Below are positions 38,478-48,845 of a stretch of 64,000 nt of DNA, one piece after another. The notes under the pieces were generated by a model. That model had not been told where the DNA came from, ran no database searches, and saw nothing but the letters and a program-made list of their open reading frames with translations. Position 1 is the stretch's first letter; each line of letters begins with the position of its first letter. The translations under genes were made by a program, and so were the position numbers. This stretch comes from a virus, in the IMG/VR virus record IMGVR_UViG_3300027859_000890, positions 1 through 64,000 of that record; one strand, 5' to 3'.

Positions 38478-38605
38478 TGATTAAAATAATTGGATATTTC
38501 AAAGACAGTGTTGTTTCACGTGTGTTTGACAATGAATGGGACGCAATGGATTATAGAGATACATTAGATGCACATTATGCAAAAGTAGAATGGGTGTATC
38601 TATAA
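38477..38605 (+). CDS. hypothetical protein (42 aa)
   Basis: GTG overlapping the upstream TAG; AGGAG RBS. Confidence 0.5.
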   Translation: MIKIIGYFKDSVVSRVFDNEWDAMDYRDTLDAHYAKVEWVYL

Positions 38606-38730
38606 TGTGGGACGCAATAATATTTTTTGGTGTAGTTTATGGTTATACATTTGGTATGATTGCATTTGCATATATAAGCCACAATATACATACAAGAGAT
38701 CCTTTTGGTAATAGTGGAATGAGATTATGA
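38605..38730 (+). CDS. small membrane peptide (41 aa)
   Basis: TAATG and ATGA couplings on both sides. Confidence 0.45.
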   Translation: MWDAIIFFGVVYGYTFGMIAFAYISHNIHTRDPFGNSGMRL

Positions 38731-38951
38731 AGTTTTTAATTATAGTTATGTTAACAATAGGTGATCCTTTTATTATAAAAACACTGAAGTTTGATAGTAA
38801 AGAAGAATGTGTAAAATATGTAATGAATCCAGCGAATGCAGATGTACTTGCAATCGAAACAATAGCAGTGGCAGGTTTCAATGATCCTATGACAGCTATA
38901 CTGTGTTTACCAGAAAATCAAAATGTAGTGGAGGTGCCTAATGAAGCCTAA
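38727..38951 (+). CDS. hypothetical protein (similar to 3775-4032)
   Basis: FDSKEEC motif. Confidence 0.6.
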   Translation: MKFLIIVMLTIGDPFIIKTLKFDSKEECVKYVMNPANADVLAIETIAVAGFNDPMTAILCLPENQNVVEVPNEA

Positions 38952-39162
38952 TAATAAATTTGAATTATCAGTTGAGGATATTGATATTATAGAGACTGCT
39001 CTTAGAGCAAAAGCCGGACGTAGAGGTATGAAAATACTTACAGGTGAAGGCGATGTGAATAAGTATAAGAAAGAAGCAGAAGAAATTACCAACCTTCTAG
39101 GACGTATACACGATCAAAAAGTATGGTTTCGTTCTAGAGATAAAGTCTATGTAGGAGGATAA
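38941..39162 (+). CDS. hypothetical protein
   Basis: GGAGG RBS. Confidence 0.65.
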   Translation: MKPNNKFELSVEDIDIIETALRAKAGRRGMKILTGEGDVNKYKKEAEEITNLLGRIHDQKVWFRSRDKVYVGG

Positions 39163-39163
39163 T

Positions 39164-39601
39164 ATGATTAGACTATTGACTACTCTAGCAATGCTAGTAG
39201 CAATGGCAATTCCTGCCGTTGCAGAAGATGTTACACTTGAAATGTGGAACAAAGACCCAGAAGATAAGAAACGCAAAATGGTTTTCTCAGAAGAGATTGT
39301 AACTATTGAACCAGGACAATCTATTACTTGGTTAGCATCAGATAAAGGACACAATGTTCAAATGATTGCAGGACCAAAAGGCGTAGACTTACCAGGTAAA
39401 TCAAAAATATCAAAAGATGTTACTTTGTCATTTGATGACCCAGGTGTGTACGTTTATGTTTGTACACCACACGCAACAATGGGTATGATTGGCGTAGTTG
39501 TTGTAGGTGAAGCAACTGAAGAAGCTATTAAAGCAGTTGAAAAAGCAAAAGTACGTGGCAAGTCAAAGAAGAAGCTACAGAAACTATTAAAAGAACTTTG
39601 A
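39164..39601 (+). CDS. pseudoazurin (type 1 blue copper protein)
   Basis: signal peptide; KGHNV, GVYVYVCTPHATMGM. Confidence 0.88.
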   Translation: MIRLLTTLAMLVAMAIPAVAEDVTLEMWNKDPEDKKRKMVFSEEIVTIEPGQSITWLASDKGHNVQMIAGPKGVDLPGKSKISKDVTLSFDDPGVYVYVCTPHATMGMIGVVVVGEATEEAIKAVEKAKVRGKSKKKLQKLLKEL

Positions 39602-39756
39602 TACTAAAATTGTTGTTTTTAAGCAACACCTATTGCAAATCTGTTACAAAATAGCGCACCTAGTTTCACAAAGTGCATAAATAATACTGCGAAAGGGCAA
39701 GCGTTGAAAAACTTGCCCTTTGCCATATCCACATAATAAAAAGAAGGAAATATATT

Positions 39757-40548
39757 ATGCGCAAGGTATTTACCACAATGGCAGCAATGATGGTCGCGGG
39801 TGCGGCATTTGCTGAAGCACCAGCAGTATCAGGTCCGATGCTGTCAGGTGAAGTGGAACTAAAGTTCACACAAGATGCAACCACTGACAAATGGGGTGGT
39901 GCAATGGGTCTAGACTTAGGTATAGATGCAAACGGAGTAGCAAGTGTTGATCTTGATCTATCTGCACAAGACGGCGGATCAGTTACATTAGACAACTGGA
40001 CAGTTGGCACAAATGTAGCAGGTGTAGGCGTTGCAGTTGGTGACGACAATGGTGTGTTTGTTGGAGCAGAAGGCGAGCAAACAATCGCAGCCCCAGCAAT
40101 GACTGAGTCAGTAAAAGTAACTGTAGGCGATGCAGCCGTAGCAGTTGGTTTGACAGACTGGACAACTGATGCATTTGATATCAGCAACATTCAAGGTTCG
40201 TATGCAATTGGTGACGTAGCTGGTTTATCAGTTACGGCATCAGGTGACTATAACTTGGACAGTGAAAACATTGTACTAGGTGGTGCAGTAGGCGGACTAG
40301 AAGCAGGACCAGCAGGCATTAGCAGTACTGTAACATATGATGTTGATGCAGAACTATGGGGATTCGAAGGCGTTGCAACAATGGGTGCTATTACAGCATA
40401 TGCAAACGGTGACGATACAGATCTACTACAAAACGTAGGTGGTGACTATGAATACAATTTAGGTGGAGCAACATTGAACACCGGAATGGTATACAACTTA
40501 GATTCAGAAGAATTTACACCATCAGCAAGTGTTAGTTTTAACTTCTAA
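39757..40548 (+). CDS. porin (Rhodobacterales type)
   Basis: signal peptide AAFA; acidic amphipathic beta-strands; C-terminal VSFNF. Confidence 0.75.
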   Translation: MRKVFTTMAAMMVAGAAFAEAPAVSGPMLSGEVELKFTQDATTDKWGGAMGLDLGIDANGVASVDLDLSAQDGGSVTLDNWTVGTNVAGVGVAVGDDNGVFVGAEGEQTIAAPAMTESVKVTVGDAAVAVGLTDWTTDAFDISNIQGSYAIGDVAGLSVTASGDYNLDSENIVLGGAVGGLEAGPAGISSTVTYDVDAELWGFEGVATMGAITAYANGDDTDLLQNVGGDYEYNLGGATLNTGMVYNLDSEEFTPSASVSFNF

Positions 40549-40567
40549 TCACTGCAAACACAAGATT

Positions 40568-40592
40568 AAAAAGAGCCTCCGGGCTCTTTTTT
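40568..40592 (+). terminator. rho-independent terminator
   Basis: AAAAAGAGCC/GGCTCTTTTT. Confidence 0.8.
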
Positions 40593-40657
40593 CATTTATA
40601 AATACTTGCACAAAATAATATGTTGTGTTATTATAAAGTATTAGCTAAAAGGTTACT

Positions 40658-42346
40658 ATGAGAAAGAACAGAATTATTCTACTCAATGATATCTTTGATA
40701 ATGATATTAGTGGGCAGACGCAGGACTCTTTGCAAGATTTAGATGACGATACGTTCAATAATTTACATATTGAGCAACAAGAAAAGTCAAATAAAAAGTA
40801 TGAAGTCAAAATGATTTCTACTAATAACAAGTATACCTTTTGGAGTAGGTATATGGGTCCTTATGCAGTGGCCAGTGCTGTACATCAAAACTGTCCTGAT
40901 TGGGAAGTTGTTGTTATTGATTGGTTTACAAAAATTGATCATTTTCACGACTACATAGCAAACTTTATAAATGAGGACACTTACTATATTGGACTAAGCA
41001 CAACATTTTTATTGAATACATTTAATCCAAGAGCACAGGATTTTAATTTATGGTTTACTAGACAACGTCAAGTTGATGACTGGTTCAATAAGATTAAAGA
41101 AATAAATCCTGATATTGAATTTATATTAGGTGGTGCTATTACTGATTTATTTTACAAAATACATTTTAAAACAAGACCAGAAGCAAAGTTTCCTGTTGCG
41201 TTTCAAAATCATATTAACTATGTTTTCAATGGTTACGCAGAAGATACAATGGTAGAGTTTCTTAATGGAGAACTAGAACCTCAAAAAGTACACGAAAAGA
41301 ATGGTATCTTTTTTATCAACGAAACAAAAATGGCATCCACTGGTGCAAAAGTATTACAAAGCAATTATCAACACTCAATGGCTATTAAGAATGGCGAGTG
41401 GTTGCCGCTTGAAGTTAGCAAAGGTTGTAGGTTTGGTTGTAAGTTTTGTTTCTATGATATTAGAGGCACACTAATCAAAGACGCAGATTGTTTACGTGAA
41501 GAACTTATGTACAACTATGAAAACTTTGGCGTAACAGGATATATGCTAACAGATGATACAGTTAACGATAGTCCTGCAAAAATAGATATGTTACACAAAG
41601 TCATTAAGAGTTTGCCATTTAAAATGGAATGGATTAGTTATTGTAGGCCAGATATGTTTAGTAAGTATCCTGAAATGTGGCGTAAAATGATTGATATGGG
41701 TTGTAAAGGTGTTTTCTTAGGTGTTGAAACATTAGATCATACAGCAGGTAAACTTGCAGGCAAAGGACTTGATCCAGAACGTATGAAAGAAATATTAACT
41801 TGGATGCGTGAAGTTGCACAAGACGATGTTTTTATTCTTGCTAGTATGATTATTGGACTGCCTGGAGAAACAAAAGAAAGTTTATACAAAACAGCAGAGT
41901 GGTTCAAAGAGCAAACAGTATTAGACAAGATACAATATGAACTATTCTTTGTAAGTGATGGCAACGATAGTAAGTCTCCTGCATTTACAGGTAAGCCAGA
42001 CAATCCATACGGAATACATTTAGAATATTATCCAAACTATTATTGGAAACACAACAGTATGGATTTACACGATGCACAATTTATGGCGTTGGAATGGGAA
42101 AAGATGCTGATTGATCATCCTAAGACAGCATTTGAAAGACACTTTAGTTACAACACAAATTTTTGGGCTTATCCAAGACTGCGTAGTTTAGGATATGATC
42201 ATTTAGAGTCTGTTGGTATATTGACAGCAAAAGTTGTACCACAAGAAGTTTACGAAAAGAATAGACGTTGGATTGATAATTATCACACAGAATTAAAATT
42301 AATTAACCACGTCAAATCATTACAACAAGAAGAAATGTTAGCGTGA
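40658..42346 (+). CDS. B12-binding-like radical SAM protein
   Basis: SKGCRFGCKFC, DDT, GVET, IIGLPGET. Confidence 0.85.
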   Translation: MRKNRIILLNDIFDNDISGQTQDSLQDLDDDTFNNLHIEQQEKSNKKYEVKMISTNNKYTFWSRYMGPYAVASAVHQNCPDWEVVVIDWFTKIDHFHDYIANFINEDTYYIGLSTTFLLNTFNPRAQDFNLWFTRQRQVDDWFNKIKEINPDIEFILGGAITDLFYKIHFKTRPEAKFPVAFQNHINYVFNGYAEDTMVEFLNGELEPQKVHEKNGIFFINETKMASTGAKVLQSNYQHSMAIKNGEWLPLEVSKGCRFGCKFCFYDIRGTLIKDADCLREELMYNYENFGVTGYMLTDDTVNDSPAKIDMLHKVIKSLPFKMEWISYCRPDMFSKYPEMWRKMIDMGCKGVFLGVETLDHTAGKLAGKGLDPERMKEILTWMREVAQDDVFILASMIIGLPGETKESLYKTAEWFKEQTVLDKIQYELFFVSDGNDSKSPAFTGKPDNPYGIHLEYYPNYYWKHNSMDLHDAQFMALEWEKMLIDHPKTAFERHFSYNTNFWAYPRLRSLGYDHLESVGILTAKVVPQEVYEKNRRWIDNYHTELKLINHVKSLQQEEMLA

Positions 42347-42903
42347 AGATTGCATTGACAGGCCATACTAGAGGTATTGGCAATGCGTGTAAACAATTGC
42401 TAGAACCTGAACACGAAATTATTGGCTTTAGTAGAACAAATGGTTACAATATAAACGAACCTAAAGTAATATATGAACTTGCAAAAGATGCAGATGTTTT
42501 TATAAACAATGCACAGTTTCAAGATTATCAAACAAAATTATTTGATTTGTTTTGGGATGATTGGAAATACAAACACAAGACTATTATTAATATTCAAAGT
42601 TCAAGTAAATATCCAGAAACACAAGCACGTTTCGGTAACTATGTAAAATATAAACAAGAGTTAGACGCAAATGTAAAAGCAAAAACATTACGTATGAGAG
42701 CTGGTGTTAGTACATTCAATTGCAGAGTAACAAATTTAATTGTTGGCTGGACTGATACAGATATGATAAAATTTTTAAGACACGTTAAAAAGATGCCGCC
42801 TAGTAAAGTTGCAGAAACACTTAAATGGGTGCTGGATCAACCACAAGATTTACAAATTTTTGAATTAGCAGTTTGGCATCAGAATACCAAGCCTGATAAA
42901 TAA
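42343..42903 (+). CDS. short-chain dehydrogenase/reductase
   Basis: TGHTRGIG, FINNA, Y...K, TDM. Confidence 0.8.
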   Translation: MKIALTGHTRGIGNACKQLLEPEHEIIGFSRTNGYNINEPKVIYELAKDADVFINNAQFQDYQTKLFDLFWDDWKYKHKTIINIQSSSKYPETQARFGNYVKYKQELDANVKAKTLRMRAGVSTFNCRVTNLIVGWTDTDMIKFLRHVKKMPPSKVAETLKWVLDQPQDLQIFELAVWHQNTKPDK

Positions 42904-42933
42904 TATGGGCATATTATTTAGAGAGGGCGAACA

Positions 42934-43407
42934 ATGCAAAATAATGAATACGATGTTAAGGTTGTCAAAGTTGTAGACGGAGACACAGTAGACGTAGATA
43001 TCAACTTAGGCTTTGGTGTTTGGTTATCAGACGAGCGTGTGAGGATAATGGGTATAGACACTCCTGAATCACGCACAAGCGATAAAGTAGAAAAAGTTTT
43101 TGGCTTGGCTGCAAAAGACAGATTGTATCAACTTATGGAGAAAGATGCAAAACTAATTACTACAGAAAACAAAAAAGGCGAAGATATGAAAGGCAAGTTT
43201 GGACGTATCTTAGGTGATTTTCTTACAGCAGATGGACGCAAAGTAACAGACATAATGATTGAAGAAGGACATTGTGTAGCATACTTTGGTGGATCAAAAG
43301 AAGAAATACAAATGAAGCATATGGCCAATAGAGAGAAACTATTGCGTGAAGGTGTGGTAAGTAAAGAAGCAGTAGACGAAGCAAAGAAACTTATGGAAGG
43401 AAAGTAA
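42934..43407 (+). CDS. thermonuclease (SNase-like)
   Basis: VVDGDTVD, RIMGIDTPE, GKFGRIL. Confidence 0.9.
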   Translation: MQNNEYDVKVVKVVDGDTVDVDINLGFGVWLSDERVRIMGIDTPESRTSDKVEKVFGLAAKDRLYQLMEKDAKLITTENKKGEDMKGKFGRILGDFLTADGRKVTDIMIEEGHCVAYFGGSKEEIQMKHMANREKLLREGVVSKEAVDEAKKLMEGK

Positions 43408-43646
43408 TGAACACAAATTACTCTACCATTGCTGAAATACAGAGTTGGATTAATCGTGCAGTTTCTAATGTTGAAGATCAACTTAGACGCATTGACGAAA
43501 CTGATCCAAATTATCAGTGGCTTGTGGATAGAAGAGCATATCTCAAGGAGTACAGTGCAAAATACGGAAGTATGATTGGCAAAGAATTGCCAAAAAAGCG
43601 TGATAGAAGTAATATGCGCCATTACAATAGGCCAAGAACGTTTTAG
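43407..43646 (+). CDS. hypothetical protein
   Basis: TAATG overlap. Confidence 0.55.
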   Translation: MNTNYSTIAEIQSWINRAVSNVEDQLRRIDETDPNYQWLVDRRAYLKEYSAKYGSMIGKELPKKRDRSNMRHYNRPRTF

Positions 43647-43647
43647 G

Positions 43648-43675
43648 TTGACAGCATAATAACTCCTGCTATACT
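43648..43675 (+). promoter_or_regulatory. sigma70-type early promoter
   Basis: TTGACA-16-TATACT with TG extension. Confidence 0.65.
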
Positions 43676-43705
43676 AAGTGTGTAGTAACAAAACAGGAGT
43701 TTATT

Positions 43706-44068
43706 ATGAGTATGCATCTTGTAGGTCCTTATATGACCACAACTAATTACAAGAAACGCAAACAAAAAGGTCTTACAAAGAAAGATCGACAAGCACAAGT
43801 AGAACACGAAAAGTTCCTTGCTAAGATGGGTGTCAAGAAACCCACAACAGATTATCGTGCGCCAATGCCAGATTATAGGTCACACAGTGGTAACACTGTT
43901 CCTACTAGCGACCGCATTGATGGACACGCACCACAGATAGAACGCAATGTGTATTCAGGCGAAAGACAACTATTAGGTATCGCTACAATGCACAAAAGCA
44001 ATATGGTTCCTGTGTTTGCAGACAAGAAAGAAGATGCAAAAGACATTGCCAATATGAGGAGAGGATGA
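43706..44068 (+). CDS. conserved hypothetical phage protein
   Basis: GIATMHKSNMVPVF; AGGAG RBS. Confidence 0.7.
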   Translation: MSMHLVGPYMTTTNYKKRKQKGLTKKDRQAQVEHEKFLAKMGVKKPTTDYRAPMPDYRSHSGNTVPTSDRIDGHAPQIERNVYSGERQLLGIATMHKSNMVPVFADKKEDAKDIANMRRG

Positions 44069-44301
44069 AAAAACTTATTTTAGTTGTAGCCAGTGTATTA
44101 CTATCTAATGTTGCACAAGCAAATGAAACAATAGACGAGTATATCACAGACAACTATATTAAGATGCCTGTACATATTCAAAAAGAAATAGACAAACTTA
44201 TGGAGTATGGAGATAGATACAAAGAAGCAATATTTGCAATAATCCATACTCAGTTAGTATATGATGGCAACCCAAGTTGTCACGATTCAGAAGATGTCTA
44301 A
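44065..44301 (+). CDS. secreted hypothetical protein
   Basis: signal peptide AQA. Confidence 0.55.
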   Translation: MKKLILVVASVLLSNVAQANETIDEYITDNYIKMPVHIQKEIDKLMEYGDRYKEAIFAIIHTQLVYDGNPSCHDSEDV

Positions 44302-44333
44302 ACGAAAGTAAATACTGTAACAGAGGAGCAGTT

Positions 44334-44813
44334 ATGAAACACTTTATTATGGCGGCTATTCTATTAGTCGCGGCTAAGGCCGCTGATGCGTCAGAGAGCC
44401 TTTTTAATCCTGAAAGTTATCCACAAATACATTGCTTGGCTTTGAATGTTTATTTTGAAGCAAGAGGCAGCAACCTAGCAGATAAGGCAGCAGTAGCAGA
44501 TGTAGTTTTGAACAGGAAAAATGATACACGTTATCCACAAACTATTTGCGAAGTTGTACACGATGGTTACAAGAAAGGTCGCAGAGATTGTCAATTCAGT
44601 TGGTTCTGTGATGGTAAAGCAGATGTACCTAAGGAATATGATCGATGGGCCGAAGCACAAATGATTGCTTGGGGTATGGTCAAGTTTGACAAGTACCGCG
44701 GTATCACAGAAGGTGCAACACATTATCACGCAACTTATGTCAGTCCAAGATGGGCAAAATCGTTGCAAATGGTGGGTAGAATAGGTGCGCATATATTCTA
44801 CCGTTGGGAGTGA
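44334..44813 (+). CDS. cell wall hydrolase (SleB/Hydrolase_2)
   Basis: CLALNVYFEARG, VVLNR, CQFSW, GATHYHA, IGAHIFY. Confidence 0.92.
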   Translation: MKHFIMAAILLVAAKAADASESLFNPESYPQIHCLALNVYFEARGSNLADKAAVADVVLNRKNDTRYPQTICEVVHDGYKKGRRDCQFSWFCDGKADVPKEYDRWAEAQMIAWGMVKFDKYRGITEGATHYHATYVSPRWAKSLQMVGRIGAHIFYRWE

Positions 44814-44825
44814 TTAAATAATATA

Positions 44826-47072
44826 ATGATATTTGGTATTTTTGTTATGATAACGGCGCTAACAATAAGCGCCGTTGCTATCTATTACTCGGTAAGCGGG
44901 CTTGTGGCTATTTTTGCCGCCGCCGCTATACCTATAATCATAATGGGTACTGCTCTTGAAGTAGGCAAGTTAGTTACAGCAGTTTGGTTACACTGGTATT
45001 GGGATAAAGCCAAATGGTGGCTTAAAACATATTTGAGTATTAGTGTCCTTGTGTTGATGTTTATTACGTCAATGGGTATATTTGGCTTTTTAAGTAAAGC
45101 ACATATTGAACAAACTAGTGCCGCTGAAGAAGGCATTGCACAAATTGAACGTATAGAACAAGAAGTGCTAAGAGTACAAGATTTAATTGTAAGAGCTGAA
45201 TCACGCATAGCAGATGCAGAAGCAAGTGTAGGCGAAGGCAATGAAGATACACAAGCACAAATAGACAAAGAACAAACACGTATTGATACAGCGTATGATA
45301 GAGCTCAACCTGCTATTGATGAACAAAACGCTATAATTTCAGGACAACTCGATAGTTTAGAAGATAGAGTTGCAGTCTATGTAGAAGAAATAAAAAGTTT
45401 AGATCAAGAACTTAGTAGACTGAAATCTCTCATAGAAGAATATAGAAGTGAAATAGCAAATACAAGTGTAGCAAGTATTGAAGCACAAGTGCAACCCTAT
45501 AACGACCAAATTGCACAACTAGATGCAGATTTACAACGTATAAACACACAAGCAAATGAATACGAAAAACGTATTAGTGAATTACAAATAGACAACAGTG
45601 CAATTGAAGCACTCAAAACTAGAGTTGCTGCTGTTGAAGAAAAAATTGTTTTAGTAACAAACAAGTTACAAAGCAACGAACGTGCTAAAGTTAAAGAAGG
45701 TCAAGCAGTAATAGGTGTAACCAGTGATGGACTTTTTGGTGGTAACACTACTAGAGCATATAATGCTTGGCTAGAAGCACAGAGAGCTCGTATAAGCGAG
45801 CTACAAGCACAGGAAACAGATTTACGTATACAAGCACAAGCAACACTTGATGCTGAAAGAACACGATTGACAGATCTTGTAAAAGATTTGCGTGGGGCAC
45901 AGACCGAGACAATACTACAACGCAAACAAAGTTTATTAGATGCTATAGATAAAGTAAGAACAAACAGCATTGACGAAGCTAAAATTGCAAAAGCTGACAT
46001 ACAGTTAAAGATTGATACAGTCTTGAACACAGACATTCCTGCTAATAGGAGCGCAAGGCAAACTGCTCAAGAGCAAATCACTGCCTTGCGTCAAGCAGAC
46101 GATCCACGTATCAATGCAGCCAGACAGACAATAAAAGATTTAAGATCAAGTGCAGATGCACAAATTGCGGCAAGCAATGATCTTATACAGAGATTGCGTA
46201 ACAGCCTTACAGTAGGCAAAGACGCAGACGTTGAAGCACTAGTAGATGCTCAACAAAAAAAGATTGTAGAGTTTAATAATACTATTGACAAATTAACTGA
46301 AAACAAGTATGCTCTACAAGCTGATTATAGAAAACTAGAAGCAGAAGTAGGACCAATAAAGTACCTAGCAGAATTTATATATGGTGAAACAAACGAAGAT
46401 ATACTCGAAGAAGCAGTAAGATGGGTAATAATAGTAATCATATTTGTATTCGATCCTTTAGCAGTTCTCCTGCTCATTGCGAGCCAAGCCACATTCGAGA
46501 TGCGCAGACAGGAGCGACATCGGCTAGCCGCGGAGGGAAAAGACAATGACAATACAAGCAATGATCATCAGTATGATGAATATGCACAATCCGGAAGCGA
46601 AGACACACCACCTAGTGGAACCACAAGTACCGATACCAGAGGAAGCGACAGTGAAAGTAGCGCAGAAGAAAAAAATATCGCCTATGCCAGCTTGTATGCA
46701 GAAACTGGAACCAGATCTGATAGAGGAAGCACTGCCCCAGTCGTTTTGGAACAACACCAACAACAAGGTATAATGTTCGGAGAAGATAATCTCAAATCAA
46801 AAGAGATTAAAGAAAGAGTTACTGAAGTTGCAAAACACGCAGACGATCCAGTATGGATAGAAGCAAGACGTAAATGGAAAGATGAAAATCCAGATCAGAA
46901 TGTAAAGGATTATCAACAGGCATATATATCTGGTAGAATACACGAACTACCGTGGGACGTATCTTATATTGCCAAAGACGAAAAAGGCAAACAGTTTACA
47001 GGTTACGTTCAAAACAACGAACAAGATGAAAACAGTATATGGCAAAAAATAGGTAAAAATGACAAAAATTAA
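44826..47072 (+). CDS. large membrane-anchored coiled-coil protein with internal peptidoglycan-binding-like motif
   Basis: three N-terminal TMs, long heptads, QAVIGVTSDGLFGGNT, VGPIKY..VFDPLAV TM. Confidence 0.7.
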   Translation: MIFGIFVMITALTISAVAIYYSVSGLVAIFAAAAIPIIIMGTALEVGKLVTAVWLHWYWDKAKWWLKTYLSISVLVLMFITSMGIFGFLSKAHIEQTSAAEEGIAQIERIEQEVLRVQDLIVRAESRIADAEASVGEGNEDTQAQIDKEQTRIDTAYDRAQPAIDEQNAIISGQLDSLEDRVAVYVEEIKSLDQELSRLKSLIEEYRSEIANTSVASIEAQVQPYNDQIAQLDADLQRINTQANEYEKRISELQIDNSAIEALKTRVAAVEEKIVLVTNKLQSNERAKVKEGQAVIGVTSDGLFGGNTTRAYNAWLEAQRARISELQAQETDLRIQAQATLDAERTRLTDLVKDLRGAQTETILQRKQSLLDAIDKVRTNSIDEAKIAKADIQLKIDTVLNTDIPANRSARQTAQEQITALRQADDPRINAARQTIKDLRSSADAQIAASNDLIQRLRNSLTVGKDADVEALVDAQQKKIVEFNNTIDKLTENKYALQADYRKLEAEVGPIKYLAEFIYGETNEDILEEAVRWVIIVIIFVFDPLAVLLLIASQATFEMRRQERHRLAAEGKDNDNTSNDHQYDEYAQSGSEDTPPSGTTSTDTRGSDSESSAEEKNIAYASLYAETGTRSDRGSTAPVVLEQHQQQGIMFGEDNLKSKEIKERVTEVAKHADDPVWIEARRKWKDENPDQNVKDYQQAYISGRIHELPWDVSYIAKDEKGKQFTGYVQNNEQDENSIWQKIGKNDKN

Positions 47073-47454
47073 TGTAATTACTCCACCGGATATTTTACAT
47101 AATCAAAACCAAAGCATCTTATTAATATATCCAAGCACTGAGTTGCGACAAGAATTTCAAACGTATTTAGAAGTTGTTGGCAAATCAATCAATGTATATT
47201 TATACGATCCAACTGATGAAGATGTAGATGTTGCTTGGTTGTTGGCTTTGGCCAAAGTATGTGAAACTGTAATATTAGATTTAGATCAAATGCAACCGCT
47301 AGAAAAAAAGTTTGCAAGTTATTTAATTAGTTTGCCAAATACTTTTTACTTGACAAAAGACGATGTTACACCTTATAATAAACTTAGCCTTAATAGAGTT
47401 TATGACTTGAAATGGCTCATTGAAACTGATGAAGGACAAAATGAAAAACAATAG
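47059..47454 (+). CDS. hypothetical protein
   Basis: ITPPD N-terminus. Confidence 0.6.
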   Translation: MTKINVITPPDILHNQNQSILLIYPSTELRQEFQTYLEVVGKSINVYLYDPTDEDVDVAWLLALAKVCETVILDLDQMQPLEKKFASYLISLPNTFYLTKDDVTPYNKLSLNRVYDLKWLIETDEGQNEKQ

Positions 47455-47692
47455 AAGAAAACATAACGACGATTGGAATAGAACAGGCTTGCAAGTAAAT
47501 GTTGTTAACAACGATGTTACTAAGGCAATGCGTAAACTTAAAAAGAAAATTTCAGAAGATGGTTTGATGCAAGAACTAAGAAAGCGTGAATACTTTGAAA
47601 GCAAAGGCACACGCAAAAGACTTGCTAAAAAAGCAGCCATTAGACGTTACAAAAGAAATCAAGCAAAACTAAAAGAACAGTTAGGTTATTAA
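47441..47692 (+). CDS. rpsU: ribosomal protein bS21
   Basis: VNVVNNDVTKAMRKLKKK...GLMQELRKREYFES...KR..KKAAIRR. Confidence 0.85.
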   Translation: MKNNRRKHNDDWNRTGLQVNVVNNDVTKAMRKLKKKISEDGLMQELRKREYFESKGTRKRLAKKAAIRRYKRNQAKLKEQLGY

Positions 47693-48841
47693 ATGCGTTT
47701 AGAAGAAGATTTAAAACTTGATTACAAAGATGTGCTAATACGTCCTAAGCGTAGCACATTACAAAGTCGTAAGCAAGTTAGATTAAATCGTAAATTTCAA
47801 TTTCGTAATTACGATCACGACATTGCAGAACCTTTGCCAGACGAATATCATTATATTGGTATTCCTATTATGGCAAGTAATATGGATGGTGTTGGTACTA
47901 TGCGAATGGCTGATAAGTTAGCAGAAGGTGAAATGTTTACCTGTCTTGTAAAAACTTATACAGCAGAAGAACTTATAGATTTTTACAATTATGATGTTGG
48001 ATTAGAACGCACAGAAAATGTTGCTATGAGCATAGGTACTGGCGACAGTGATTACAATAAATTATACAAAGTAAAAAAAGAATGTGAACACAGACTAAAA
48101 TATGTTTGTATGGATATTGCAAATGGTTACAGTGACCATTTTGCCGCTCACGTTCGCAAAGTTAGAGCAGAATTTCCAGACTTGGTTATCATTGCTGGAA
48201 ATGTTGTTACTAGAGAAATGACAGAGGAGTTGATACTTGCAGGAGCAGACATCGTCAAAGTCGGAATCGGACCAGGGTCGGTTTGCACGACTCGCATACA
48301 AACTGGGGTGGGCTATCCCCAACTTAGTGCGGTTATTGAGTGTGCCGATGCGGCGCACGGGTTGGGCGGACATATTATTGCTGACGGGGGCTGTACTACT
48401 CCTGGTGATGTGGCAAAAGCTTTTGCTGCCGGTGCTGACTTCGTAATGCTTGGCGGTATGCTTGCTGGACACAATGAAGGTGGTGGTGATATTGTTACTG
48501 AACATATTGCTACAGGAGGAGCATATAAAACACCTGAAGGAACATATGTTCCTTATTTCAAAGAAAAAAAGTTTGTGCAGTTCTACGGTATGAGTAGTGA
48601 AAGCGCAAATGATAAGCATTTTGGTGGATTGAAAAACTATCGTTCATCAGAAGGACGCACAGTGCTTGTGCCTTATAAAGGTCCTGTGGCTATGTCAGTA
48701 CAGGAAATTTTAGGAGGTGTGCGTAGTGCTTGTACTTACACAGGCGCATTAAAACTCAAGCAACTAAGTAAGTGTGCAACGTTTATTCGTTGTTCACAAA
48801 CCCATAATCCGGTGTATGAATCATCGACAATTGGTAAATAA
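47693..48841 (+). CDS. guaC: GMP reductase
   Basis: [40 protein letters not shown]. Confidence 0.93.
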   Translation: MRLEEDLKLDYKDVLIRPKRSTLQSRKQVRLNRKFQFRNYDHDIAEPLPDEYHYIGIPIMASNMDGVGTMRMADKLAEGEMFTCLVKTYTAEELIDFYNYDVGLERTENVAMSIGTGDSDYNKLYKVKKECEHRLKYVCMDIANGYSDHFAAHVRKVRAEFPDLVIIAGNVVTREMTEELILAGADIVKVGIGPGSVCTTRIQTGVGYPQLSAVIECADAAHGLGGHIIADGGCTTPGDVAKAFAAGADFVMLGGMLAGHNEGGGDIVTEHIATGGAYKTPEGTYVPYFKEKKFVQFYGMSSESANDKHFGGLKNYRSSEGRTVLVPYKGPVAMSVQEILGGVRSACTYTGALKLKQLSKCATFIRCSQTHNPVYESSTIGK

Positions 48842-48845
48842 CTAT

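Noticed and set aside
39666-48619. Long antisense ORFs such as 39666-40190, 43128-43622, 44885-45268 and 48095-48619
   Set aside because: Shadows of well-supported plus-strand genes, with no RBS or motifs.
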